From: Candidatus Komeilibacteria bacterium | GTDB taxonomy: Bacteria; Patescibacteriota; Patescibacteriia; UBA1558 | Assembly (NCBI GenBank): GCA_048538235.1 | Contig: JBLYPX010000001.1 | Coordinates: forward strand, 328,013 to 392,012 | Length of the DNA: 64,000 nucleotides | Direction: 5' to 3' | Part shown: positions 29,654-37,543 of the stretch, in pieces | Layout: the number at the start of each line of letters is the position of its first letter | How positions within the stretch are numbered: position 1 is the first letter of the stretch | Position numbers and translations under genes: made by a program | The notes under the pieces: generated by a model | Databases searched by the model: none | What the model was told of the DNA's origin: nothing | What the model saw: the letters and a program-made list of their open reading frames with translations, nothing else

Positions 29654-29688
29654 AACAGGGTCGTTGGTATTTTGCCAACCCTGTTTTT
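29654..29688 (+). terminator. Hairpin terminator directly after a promoter-like sequence
   Basis: AACAGGG...CCCTGTT with inner GTTGG/CCAAC and T-run. Confidence 0.7.
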
Positions 29689-29723
29689 TATTAGTTTGAC
29701 AAAATACATATAGATGATATACT

Positions 29724-29742
29724 TGTAATACATTGTATTACA
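29724..29742. promoter_or_regulatory. Putative antitoxin operator
   Basis: Perfect inverted repeat TGTAATACA-T-TGTATTACA just downstream of the TTGACA...TATACT promoter of the TA pair. Confidence 0.7.
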
Positions 29743-29758
29743 GTATTAAATAAATAAT

Positions 29759-29974
29759 ATGCGTGAAATATTAAATTTATCTTTGCCTAGTGAGATGGCT
29801 CAATCTGTTAAAAAGGCTGTAAAAAAAGGTCAGTATGCCAGTACCAGTGAATTTATTCGTAGTCTTATTCGTGATTGGCAGGAAAGTCAATTATTATCTC
29901 AGTTAGAGCAAAGTCAAACACAAATTAAACAAGGTAATTCCAGGGTCTTAAAATCTCTTAGAGATTTGCGTTAA
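29759..29974 (+). CDS. Ribbon-helix-helix antitoxin (ParD/CopG-like)
   Basis: LNLSLP...VKKGQYASTSEFIRSLIR. Confidence 0.85.
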   Translation: MREILNLSLPSEMAQSVKKAVKKGQYASTSEFIRSLIRDWQESQLLSQLEQSQTQIKQGNSRVLKSLRDLR

Positions 29975-29983
29975 AGACCAATT

Positions 29984-30241
29984 ATGGAAATAATATATTC
30001 AAATAGATTTAGTCGTATGTATAAAAAGTTGCCTACAGAAGTTAAGTTAGAGGCAGAGAAGAGAGAGATTATTTTTCGTAAAAATCCATTTGCGTCAGTT
30101 TTAAAAACTCATAAGCTAGCAGGTCGCTTAAAAGACTTTTGGTCTTTTTCAATAAATTATAAGTATAGGATTATATTTGAGTTTGGTACTGACAATATTG
30201 TTTATTTCCATTGGGTTGGTCAACATAGGATATATATCTAA
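29984..30241 (+). CDS. RelE/StbE(YafQ)-family mRNA interferase toxin
   Basis: LKTHKLAGRLKDFWSFSINYKYRIIF...VGQH..Y. Confidence 0.88.
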   Translation: MEIIYSNRFSRMYKKLPTEVKLEAEKREIIFRKNPFASVLKTHKLAGRLKDFWSFSINYKYRIIFEFGTDNIVYFHWVGQHRIYI

Positions 30242-30298
30242 ATAATAGTTATTCTCGGTGTAGTATTTTACGATAGGTTTGTAAAATAATATATAAGT

Positions 30299-30326
30299 AA
30301 AAAACCCAGTCGTTTGACCGGGTTTT
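30299..30326. repeat. 28-bp terminator repeat, copy 1
   Basis: AAAAAACCCAGTCGTTTGACCGGGTTTT, identical to 30819-30846. Confidence 0.9.
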
Positions 30327-30344
30327 CATTTCTGATACTAAGTT

Positions 30345-30731
30345 TTATTCGTCAATATTTGCTACAGTGCGCTTTGCTATAAGTTTTACCAACATGTAAG
30401 TCGAAATATAACTTATGGTAAATCCTGCAATTGGAATTAATACCTCTGGAAAGGTACTCATTTTAATTGTAGTGGTTGCTGGCGAGATGATATATACGAA
30501 TATACCACCTGTAATAAAGCCGAGTAGGGATGGTGTTGGAATCATTTCGTGTAACTTTTTATACGTTACCAAACCTGTAAATGTTCCTTTCATCATGGCA
30601 AATACCACGAGTGAAGTAATGAGCGTAACTCTTTCTGGCTCGTCTATTATAGCTGAGCTAAACATTCCTTGTACAATAACACCTACAGTAAATAGAAATA
30701 GCCATATATTGACTCTTTGGATGCCATTCAT
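30345..30731 (-). CDS. Orphan 4-TM membrane protein (SD-led cassette)
   Basis: TAAGGAGGT SD; promoter TTGACA-N17-TAATGT at 30783-30811. Confidence 0.75.
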   Translation of the reverse strand: MNGIQRVNIWLFLFTVGVIVQGMFSSAIIDEPERVTLITSLVVFAMMKGTFTGLVTYKKLHEMIPTPSLLGFITGGIFVYIISPATTTIKMSTFPEVLIPIAGFTISYISTYMLVKLIAKRTVANIDE

Positions 30732-30818
30732 TGTGTACCTCCTTATTCTTAGTATATTTAATTATTAATGTGTGAATAATTTACATTAGCAAATAATCGT
30801 GGATTTGTCAATGTAAAC

Positions 30819-30846
30819 AAAAAACCCAGTCGTTTGACCGGGTTTT
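30819..30846. repeat. 28-bp terminator repeat, copy 2
   Basis: Identical to 30299-30326. Confidence 0.9.
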
Positions 30847-30879
30847 TAAAAAAGCTTTAAGCTTCATGTTTTCCTTGTA

Positions 30880-30978
30880 TCAGGAGAAAAGCTGAACAAG
30901 AATAACAATGATGGAGGCTACGATTCCGATAAAAACAAGCGTTGGGTATTTCGTTGTGATTGTGATTTTTACAGTCAT
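30880..30978 (-). CDS. 32-aa single-TM micropeptide MTVKITITTKYPTLVFIGIVASIIVILVQLFS (missing from ORF track)
   Basis: TAAGGAGG SD 6 nt before ATG; hydrophobic helix; RBS shared with the upstream ORF. Confidence 0.65.
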   Translation of the reverse strand: MTVKITITTKYPTLVFIGIVASIIVILVQLFS

Positions 30979-30997
30979 TTTATCCTCCTTAGGATAA

Positions 30998-31303
30998 TTA
31001 TTCGTTTAAAAACATTGAGGGTGTGTATGTTACATCATATACATCATGTGTGCCCACGTTGAGTATTACATAGGGCATTGGTGTATGCAGTGCTGGATCA
31101 TTCAGTAGTATTCTAAGTTCAGCTTCTACATCTGGCGGATTCACCATTTTATCTATGTAAGATATTATTGGTATTGAATCTGTAATACCGTTGGTGTAGA
31201 TATTACCCAGAGTATCTATGAATTCAATTACTACTGCGTTAGCCCAAACTGTAATAAGAAAGAATCTTACTACATTTGAAAACCTACTAAAAGTCCAATT
31301 CAT
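30998..31303 (-). CDS. Orphan membrane-anchored protein (SD-led cassette)
   Basis: TAAGGAGG SD; promoter TTGACA-N17-TATACT at 31356-31384. Confidence 0.7.
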   Translation of the reverse strand: MNWTFSRFSNVVRFFLITVWANAVVIEFIDTLGNIYTNGITDSIPIISYIDKMVNPPDVEAELRILLNDPALHTPMPYVILNVGTHDVYDVTYTPSMFLNE

Positions 31304-31396
31304 TTCATCCTCCTTAGGATATTTATTTAATTGTCAAAAATCTTATTAATAGGGTAGTATAGCATATATTTACTAATTTGTCAATAGTGGTATAAT

Positions 31397-31606
31397 ATGT
31401 TTATGAAACATTTATCTGGCTTTGTGCCTGTAAATTTAAACCTTGTAGGTAAGATTCTATTAATATTAGGCTTAATTATTTTAATATTAAAAATAGGGTC
31501 TTTAACTATATGGTTATTTACTATGCCCGGTGTACTATTATTCATTGGTGTTTGTAGTATTATTGTTGGCATATATTTAATATATATTGTTCCTAAGATA
31601 GATTAG
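31397..31606 (+). CDS. Small 2-TM protein, near-leaderless
   Basis: TGGTATAAT immediately upstream (true start probably 31403); hydrophobic. Confidence 0.6.
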   Translation: MFMKHLSGFVPVNLNLVGKILLILGLIILILKIGSLTIWLFTMPGVLLFIGVCSIIVGIYLIYIVPKID

Positions 31607-31686
31607 AGCTAGAATTGACAATTAAGCATACCTGTGCTAATTTACACTATTCATTGAACATATTAACAATAGAGGAGGAATAGACA

Positions 31687-32097
31687 ATGAAGTGGCTATT
31701 TTTACTGTTAAAAGTACTTCATTCATTTTTCATGGATGTTGTGGAGGTTTGCTTAGCCTTTGTACAAATGGGCAAGTTGTTTATTAAAAGTTTTGTTATT
31801 GCAACGCTTTTAATAACAATGAGTATCCCGGGTGCAATGCTTGACCGCAAACTACATGAGATGGGTCAAGACAATAAGACGGTATATGATATTGTTATGA
31901 CTCTTGATGCAATGGCATTCTTTTCAAACGGTGGTGGCTTCTTTGGAGCTAGTCAGAACTATTTTGGCTGGGCTTATGCCAAAGCAACTGCTGATAAGAA
32001 TCGTTCAGCATTGAGTAAGGTATTGTTTTGGGAAAATCCCTTTTATGTTACACAACCACCAGATGAGTGGCCGTACTATTACAGGGGTGAAGGATAA
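31687..32097 (+). CDS. Orphan membrane-anchored protein (SD-led cassette)
   Basis: GAGGAGG SD; promoter TTGACA-N17-TAATTT at 31615-31643. Confidence 0.72.
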   Translation: MKWLFLLLKVLHSFFMDVVEVCLAFVQMGKLFIKSFVIATLLITMSIPGAMLDRKLHEMGQDNKTVYDIVMTLDAMAFFSNGGGFFGASQNYFGWAYAKATADKNRSALSKVLFWENPFYVTQPPDEWPYYYRGEG

Positions 32098-32121
32098 ACA
32101 ATATACCCATTATTTAAACTT

Positions 32122-32154
32122 AAAACGCATATACTACGGTATGTGCGTTTTTTT
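32122..32154 (+). terminator. Intrinsic terminator with cUACGg tetraloop
   Basis: AAAACGCATATAC-TACG-GTATGTGCGTTTT. Confidence 0.85.
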
Positions 32155-32221
32155 GTACACATTGCTAATATTATGTAAGAATGAGATAATAAAGGCGGTT
32201 TTACAATATATTTCATATATT

Positions 32222-32629
32222 ATGAATGTTTATTTAGATATTAATGGTGTGTTATTAACTAATAATATTCAACCAGCACAAAACGTGGTTGAATTTTTAA
32301 AATACTTAACAGACAATCATACAGTTTATTGGTTAACAACCCATTGTCGCGGAGGTGAAAATAGGGCAGTAGAATATTTAAGCGATAAATTGCCAGCTGA
32401 AGCTTTAGTGTACTTAAATAAAATATTACCTACTGATTGGGATACGCTCAAAACAGAGGCTATAGATTTCACAAATAAGTGTGTGTGGTTTGATGATCAA
32501 TCTATACGCGCAGAAGATAAGATATTAGCAAAACACGCAAATACTGTTAAATTTATACATGTTAATTTAAGTGTTGAGCCTGATTTAATATCTTATTTGT
32601 CCACTTTTGCGAATATTTCTGAAAAATGA
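32222..32629 (+). CDS. HAD-superfamily-like small protein
   Basis: VYLDINGVL (motif I variant), WLTT, K, WFDD; start moved to ATG 32222. Confidence 0.65.
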   Translation: MNVYLDINGVLLTNNIQPAQNVVEFLKYLTDNHTVYWLTTHCRGGENRAVEYLSDKLPAEALVYLNKILPTDWDTLKTEAIDFTNKCVWFDDQSIRAEDKILAKHANTVKFIHVNLSVEPDLISYLSTFANISEK

Positions 32630-32653
32630 GATAATGAAGGGGATTTTTAAATT

Positions 32654-33448
32654 ATGACAAAAATAAAACCATATTTTCAAGGAACAAGATTTAATCTATA
32701 CAATGGTGATTGTATAGAAGTTCTTAAGCAATTTAAGGATAATTTTTTTGATATGATTTTTGCTGATCCTCCATATCATTTATCTAACGGAGGATTTACT
32801 GTACACGCAGGAAGAATGGTTAGTGTGAATAAGGGTGAGTGGGATAAGAGTTTAGGTGTTGAAAAAGATTTTGAATTTCATATGAAGTGGATAGAGGAGT
32901 GCAGGCGTGTTTTAAAACCAAATGGAACTATTTGGATTAGTGGAACGTATCACTCGATCTATCGTTGCGGCTATGCTTTACAGTTGTCAGGCTACCATAT
33001 TTTAAATGACATTTCTTGGTATAAGCCAAACGCTTCTCCTAATTTAAGTTGCAGATTTTTTACCGCTAGTCATGAAACATTAATTTGGGCTAGAAAGGAT
33101 AAGAAAGGTAAACATACTTTTAATTATCAGGAGATGAAGAATGGCGGTTGGCATGAAAGAGATTTTATCAAAAAGGATGGTAAGCAGATGCGCTCTGTTT
33201 GGTCTATAAATACTCCTAGACCTGAAGAAAAGAAATACGGTAAACATCCTACACAAAAACCAATGGCGTTACTAGAGAGAATAGTTTTAGCTAGTACAAA
33301 CAAAGGTGATAAAATACTTGACCCATTTACGGGTAGTTCAACAACAGGTTTGGCTGCATATAAACATGGACGCCAATTTGTTGGCGTAGATATGGAAAAA
33401 AAATATTTAGATTTGTCTAAAAAAAGGTTTAAAGAAATAAAAAAGTAA
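32654..33448 (+). CDS. Beta-class amino-DNA methyltransferase (DpnA-like)
   Basis: FADPPY (motif IV) before HPTQKP and DPFTGSSTT (motif I); LSNGG..VSVNKGEWD as in the DpnA family. Confidence 0.92.
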   Translation: MTKIKPYFQGTRFNLYNGDCIEVLKQFKDNFFDMIFADPPYHLSNGGFTVHAGRMVSVNKGEWDKSLGVEKDFEFHMKWIEECRRVLKPNGTIWISGTYHSIYRCGYALQLSGYHILNDISWYKPNASPNLSCRFFTASHETLIWARKDKKGKHTFNYQEMKNGGWHERDFIKKDGKQMRSVWSINTPRPEEKKYGKHPTQKPMALLERIVLASTNKGDKILDPFTGSSTTGLAAYKHGRQFVGVDMEKKYLDLSKKRFKEIKK

Positions 33449-33463
33449 CAATAATATACTATC

Positions 33464-34075
33464 ATGCCAGAAAGTAACTTAAATTTATTAGATAATCCAA
33501 AGGTGATTAAATGGTGTTATGAGGGAATTACAGAACTTACACTAAGAGGTACTAGTAATCAAAATCGCTTAAATGAATATAAAGCCATTGAGAAGGACTG
33601 GGGTAATTCAATTACCGGCGGCGACGGTAATCAGTGGACGACCAAGCTTTGTGAGGATTTGGTTATGGAAGCTTTAACAAAACTTGGGCGACACAATGTA
33701 AGAAAAACTACTCCAAAACGAAGCACAATAAGAAGTAAACAATACAAGCCAGATCTAGAATGTGACGATTATGTCTATGAGGTAAAGGGTAGAAATTGGT
33801 GTGTTACTGGAACTGCTGGTGAAAAAATACTTGGAGTCCCTCTTAAGTACGGAGAGGTTCCTAGATTGTACGATAAACCACTACAAATAATTTTGGTTGG
33901 ATATCAAGAGTATGAAGCTAAAGAGGGGTATGCTTTTGGCGACCTGTTAGATGAAAGTAATCAAACTGAGGAATTGAAAAACAGTTTAGCCTTTTATAAA
34001 CAAAATAATATTGAGTACATAGGTTTTACAGATATTTTAAAAGAACTCGGTTTTGCAGAGGGGTGTTGGAGGTAA
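33464..34075 (+). CDS. Putative PD-(D/E)xK restriction endonuclease
   Basis: E...KPDLECDDYVYEVK catalytic pattern; directly downstream of the MTase. Confidence 0.7.
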   Translation: MPESNLNLLDNPKVIKWCYEGITELTLRGTSNQNRLNEYKAIEKDWGNSITGGDGNQWTTKLCEDLVMEALTKLGRHNVRKTTPKRSTIRSKQYKPDLECDDYVYEVKGRNWCVTGTAGEKILGVPLKYGEVPRLYDKPLQIILVGYQEYEAKEGYAFGDLLDESNQTEELKNSLAFYKQNNIEYIGFTDILKELGFAEGCWR

Positions 34076-34175
34076 TTTGTTGTTTTTTTAAATAAGTAGT
34101 ATATTAAACAAAGTTAAATTATATTATCATTAGGAGGACCGGTTTAGCTGGTTTTTTAATAATTTATAGAGAATT

Positions 34176-35402
34176 ATGGATACTGCAAAGTTGTTAACAA
34201 TTACAAGAGATTTGACTCTTGAAGAGGATAGATATCAAATTAATTCAAAATTGGATGAATTTTATAATTTTATTTCACAGGGGAATGCTGAAGAAGCGGA
34301 TAAAAAGAAAATAGAAATAATTGAGTTGTCAAAGAAAAGTATAGTAAATGAATATACTAATAGTAATAACAAAATTTTAAAGAATATCGGAGGGACGCTC
34401 TATTTTGGCGATGGTGTGATTGTAGAAATAAATAATATCTTTTCAGAAGATAATTATAAATCATTAGAAAAATTAGGATTATATAAGAGCGAGAGGCAAA
34501 AATTTATTGAAAGAATTAGAGCTATAGATTCTCAGCTTGATAGTATAGGTGTTAAGCCTCACTTAATAGATGATAAATATGAAATTGGTTTAAGTTTGCC
34601 AACAAATGATTTTTCTCTAAAAGATGTCCAAAAATCTTTAGCAACGTGGGATAGTTTTATAGGCGATTTGTCAGAATTGTCGGGAGAAGAAAGAGGTAAT
34701 GTAATTTCAAAGGCATGTGACGGTAGTATAGAAATATTTTTGATTAAATCTGGAATTATTGCAAAAGCTCTCAATATAGTTTTAGATAAAATGGCAGATC
34801 TATATATCAAATATCAAACAATACAAAAAAATGAGGAAGAGTTGAAAGAGTTAAAAAATAAAACTATTGAAGCTGAATTAAAGGCGGAGAGAGAAAAACT
34901 AGTTAATACATTTATTGCAACAACTATTAAAGAAATAACTGATTGCGCCACTATTACAGATACAGAACGAATAAACGAATTACAGAATGGACTGAATGCA
35001 TCTTTGAAAAGAATATTAAAATTATCAAATCAGGGAGTTGAGTTTGAGGTGATAGCTCCGAGAATACCAGAGCCTAAAGAGCCAGAAGATCAAGCTGAGG
35101 ATACTCAAAAAAAATATAGAAAGGAGTTGGCAGAATATACAACAAAACTTAATAATATTCGTAAAGTTTCAACAGGAAGCCGTAAATTAATGAATCAAAA
35201 AAAGGTGAATAGTATATTATTATTAGATGACGTACTTAAGGATGAAGCTATAAACGGTGATGCTGTAAAATATTCAGAATCTGTTTCTGATTCCAAAAAG
35301 AAGTCAGATAAAGTATTAAATAGTAAGAAAGGTAGCGAGGTTACAGCAGCTTCTAAAACTCAACCCAAAGGAGCGCCATCAAATGAAAAAGAAAGTAAGT
35401 GA
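34176..35402 (+). CDS. Hypothetical helical/coiled-coil protein with low-complexity tail
   Basis: 408-aa ORF, no family recognised. Confidence 0.7.
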   Translation: MDTAKLLTITRDLTLEEDRYQINSKLDEFYNFISQGNAEEADKKKIEIIELSKKSIVNEYTNSNNKILKNIGGTLYFGDGVIVEINNIFSEDNYKSLEKLGLYKSERQKFIERIRAIDSQLDSIGVKPHLIDDKYEIGLSLPTNDFSLKDVQKSLATWDSFIGDLSELSGEERGNVISKACDGSIEIFLIKSGIIAKALNIVLDKMADLYIKYQTIQKNEEELKELKNKTIEAELKAEREKLVNTFIATTIKEITDCATITDTERINELQNGLNASLKRILKLSNQGVEFEVIAPRIPEPKEPEDQAEDTQKKYRKELAEYTTKLNNIRKVSTGSRKLMNQKKVNSILLLDDVLKDEAINGDAVKYSESVSDSKKKSDKVLNSKKGSEVTAASKTQPKGAPSNEKESK

Positions 35403-35474
35403 TACTCAGATATAAATTCAATATTAAGTACAATTGACAAACCCCCTAAAACTAGCTAAAATTTAGCTAGTTTT

Positions 35475-36905
35475 ATGAATATAACAACAGCTAAAATAGC
35501 GCGGAATACTGGAGTTTTAACAGCATCATTAATAATACAGAAAGTATTCTCGTTTATATACTTCTCATACCTTGCAACCCAGTTGGGCGTAACCCAAACT
35601 GGGCTGTATTTTTTTGTTCTATCTTTAGTAGGTATATGTTCTGTATTTATAGACTTTGGTTTAATAAATGCTCTAATTAGAGAGATTAGTAAAAAACCAG
35701 AAGAGGTTAATAAATATTATACGCATGCTATTATTACCAGATTAATATTAGCTGGTATTGTATTAGTAGCTTTCTATTTATTTACCCTGTTTTCTTCCTA
35801 TGACATTATTACTAAACAGTCTATGGTAATAGCAGGACTAATTATGACCATAGATTCATTTACACTATTGTTCTATGCAGTGTGGAGAGCTCATCATAAT
35901 ACTATGTGGGAATCTTTAGGTAATATTATATTCCAGATTACCTTACTGGTTGTTGGTGGGGTAGCAGTATATTTATCTAAGAATATTATCTTTGCTTTAC
36001 TTGCATTATTACTAGCTAGTAGTATTAATTTCTTACTTGCATATTTTAGTTCTAGGTTGAAGTTAAAATTAAAGTTTGCTTTTAATGTAGATTATGTATT
36101 TATTAAGAAGTTACTATTAGTAGCTCTACCTTTTGCATTAGCTGGAATATTTTCTAGAGTATATGGTTATGCAGATACATTTCTTTTAAAGAATTTAGTA
36201 GGGGATGCAGCTTTGGGATATTATTCTTTACCGTACAAGATAACCTTTGTTTGGCAATTTATACCACTAGCTGCTATTGCTACTTTGTATCCGGCATTTA
36301 CTAGCTATTATACTGAGAGTAAAGAAAAGTTATCTGCATTGTGGCAAAAAGCTTCTGTGTATTTACTAGCCTTAAGCATGCCTTTAACAGTTGGGCTATA
36401 TATATTTGCACCAGTAATATTTTTAAAGATATATGGTATAGAGTTTGTACCAAGTAGTTTTGCATTGCAAACTTTAATTTTAACTCTACCTTTATTGTTT
36501 TTAAACTTTCCTTTGGGTTATTTACTAAATGCAACTGGCAAACAAACAAAGAATACTATTAATATATTTATAGCGATGTGTGTATCTGTTATTGGTAATA
36601 TTATTCTAATACCACATTATTCATATATTGCAGCTAGTATGATGAGTATTATTTCTACTATGGTATTATTTGTCTTTGGTATGAGCTATGCAGTAAAGAT
36701 AATTAAATTAGATTATTTATCTTTATTTAAAGATATTGCTAAGATTACTTTAAGTATTATTGGTATGGTAGCTATTATATTAATTATTGGATCATACTTA
36801 CATTATTTATTGACTATACTAATTGCTGGTATTACATATGTAGCAATAATATTTATTACTAGGTTTGTTAGCATTGTAGATATTAAATCGTTCATTAAGA
36901 AATAA
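35475..36905 (+). CDS. Wzx-like oligosaccharide flippase (MOP family)
   Basis: About 14 TM; KIARNT, FIDFG...REIS, DTFLL...ALGYY. Confidence 0.9.
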   Translation: MNITTAKIARNTGVLTASLIIQKVFSFIYFSYLATQLGVTQTGLYFFVLSLVGICSVFIDFGLINALIREISKKPEEVNKYYTHAIITRLILAGIVLVAFYLFTLFSSYDIITKQSMVIAGLIMTIDSFTLLFYAVWRAHHNTMWESLGNIIFQITLLVVGGVAVYLSKNIIFALLALLLASSINFLLAYFSSRLKLKLKFAFNVDYVFIKKLLLVALPFALAGIFSRVYGYADTFLLKNLVGDAALGYYSLPYKITFVWQFIPLAAIATLYPAFTSYYTESKEKLSALWQKASVYLLALSMPLTVGLYIFAPVIFLKIYGIEFVPSSFALQTLILTLPLLFLNFPLGYLLNATGKQTKNTINIFIAMCVSVIGNIILIPHYSYIAASMMSIISTMVLFVFGMSYAVKIIKLDYLSLFKDIAKITLSIIGMVAIILIIGSYLHYLLTILIAGITYVAIIFITRFVSIVDIKSFIKK

Positions 36906-36943
36906 AAAAACAGACCCAGGTACTTGTTGTACGTGAGTCTGTT
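36904..36943 (-). terminator. Terminator of orphan cassette
   Basis: AACAGAC/GTCTGTT stem, inner GTAC/GTAC, T-run on minus strand. Confidence 0.6.
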
Positions 36944-36950
36944 AGGTTGT

Positions 36951-37202
36951 TTATTTGAGGCGCCAGAGTCTTAACAAGGCAACTTCAAATATGCTGAAAT
37001 GTGCGGCGAAGGCGTTTGCCTTGGCAATACCTTGCAATTGAAATTTGATCTCAGTAACTGTGTTTTCCCAAGACTCTCCCAGTTCAATATACTGTTCCAG
37101 GATATTGCTAAACTCTACAATGAAATCTCCAAGTTTAGCCTTGTCTTCAATCATAGCGCTCAAGTGAACCATGATTTCTGCAAGATAATTAATACCAGTC
37201 AT
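36951..37202 (-). CDS. Orphan helical protein, paralog 2
   Basis: Start moved to 37202 after GAGGAGG; aligns without gaps to the neighbouring ORF. Confidence 0.72.
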   Translation of the reverse strand: MTGINYLAEIMVHLSAMIEDKAKLGDFIVEFSNILEQYIELGESWENTVTEIKFQLQGIAKANAFAAHFSIFEVALLRLWRLK

Positions 37203-37216
37203 TTTTCCTCCTCTTG

Positions 37217-37453
37217 TCATTGAAAGATGAAATTTATCATCTCAAGATACTTGTGCTGTCGTTCAGCGTTAAATTTGCCCTTGTGAAAGCTTTCTAAAGT
37301 ATCTCTGGTTTCCTGAATCGACTTTGACCCCTGTTGATATCTCATCATGGAAACATAGAGTATGCCAAGAAAATCCTGTAACTCTTTCGGATCATGAAAT
37401 ACTACTAAAGCTAGTTCAAGCACATCACATAGATCATTGTTACCGAGTAGCAT
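37217..37453 (-). CDS. Orphan helical protein, paralog 1
   Basis: TAAGGAG SD; promoter TTGACA at 37493-37521. Confidence 0.72.
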   Translation of the reverse strand: MLLGNNDLCDVLELALVVFHDPKELQDFLGILYVSMMRYQQGSKSIQETRDTLESFHKGKFNAERQHKYLEMINFIFQ

Positions 37454-37543
37454 GTTTCTTTCTCCTTATAATGTACATTTATGTAATATGGTATTTAAGC
37501 ACAATAAAGGTATAATGTCAATATTTATGTTAAAATATATATA

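Noticed and set aside
30819-30867. Extra mini-ORF after AAGGA upstream of the repeated terminator
   Set aside because: The frame runs through the terminator hairpin with no nearby stop; no support.
25975-32154. Integron cassette array or prophage
   Set aside because: No integrase, attC core sites or phage structural genes seen. Cassettes have their own promoters and mixed orientation.
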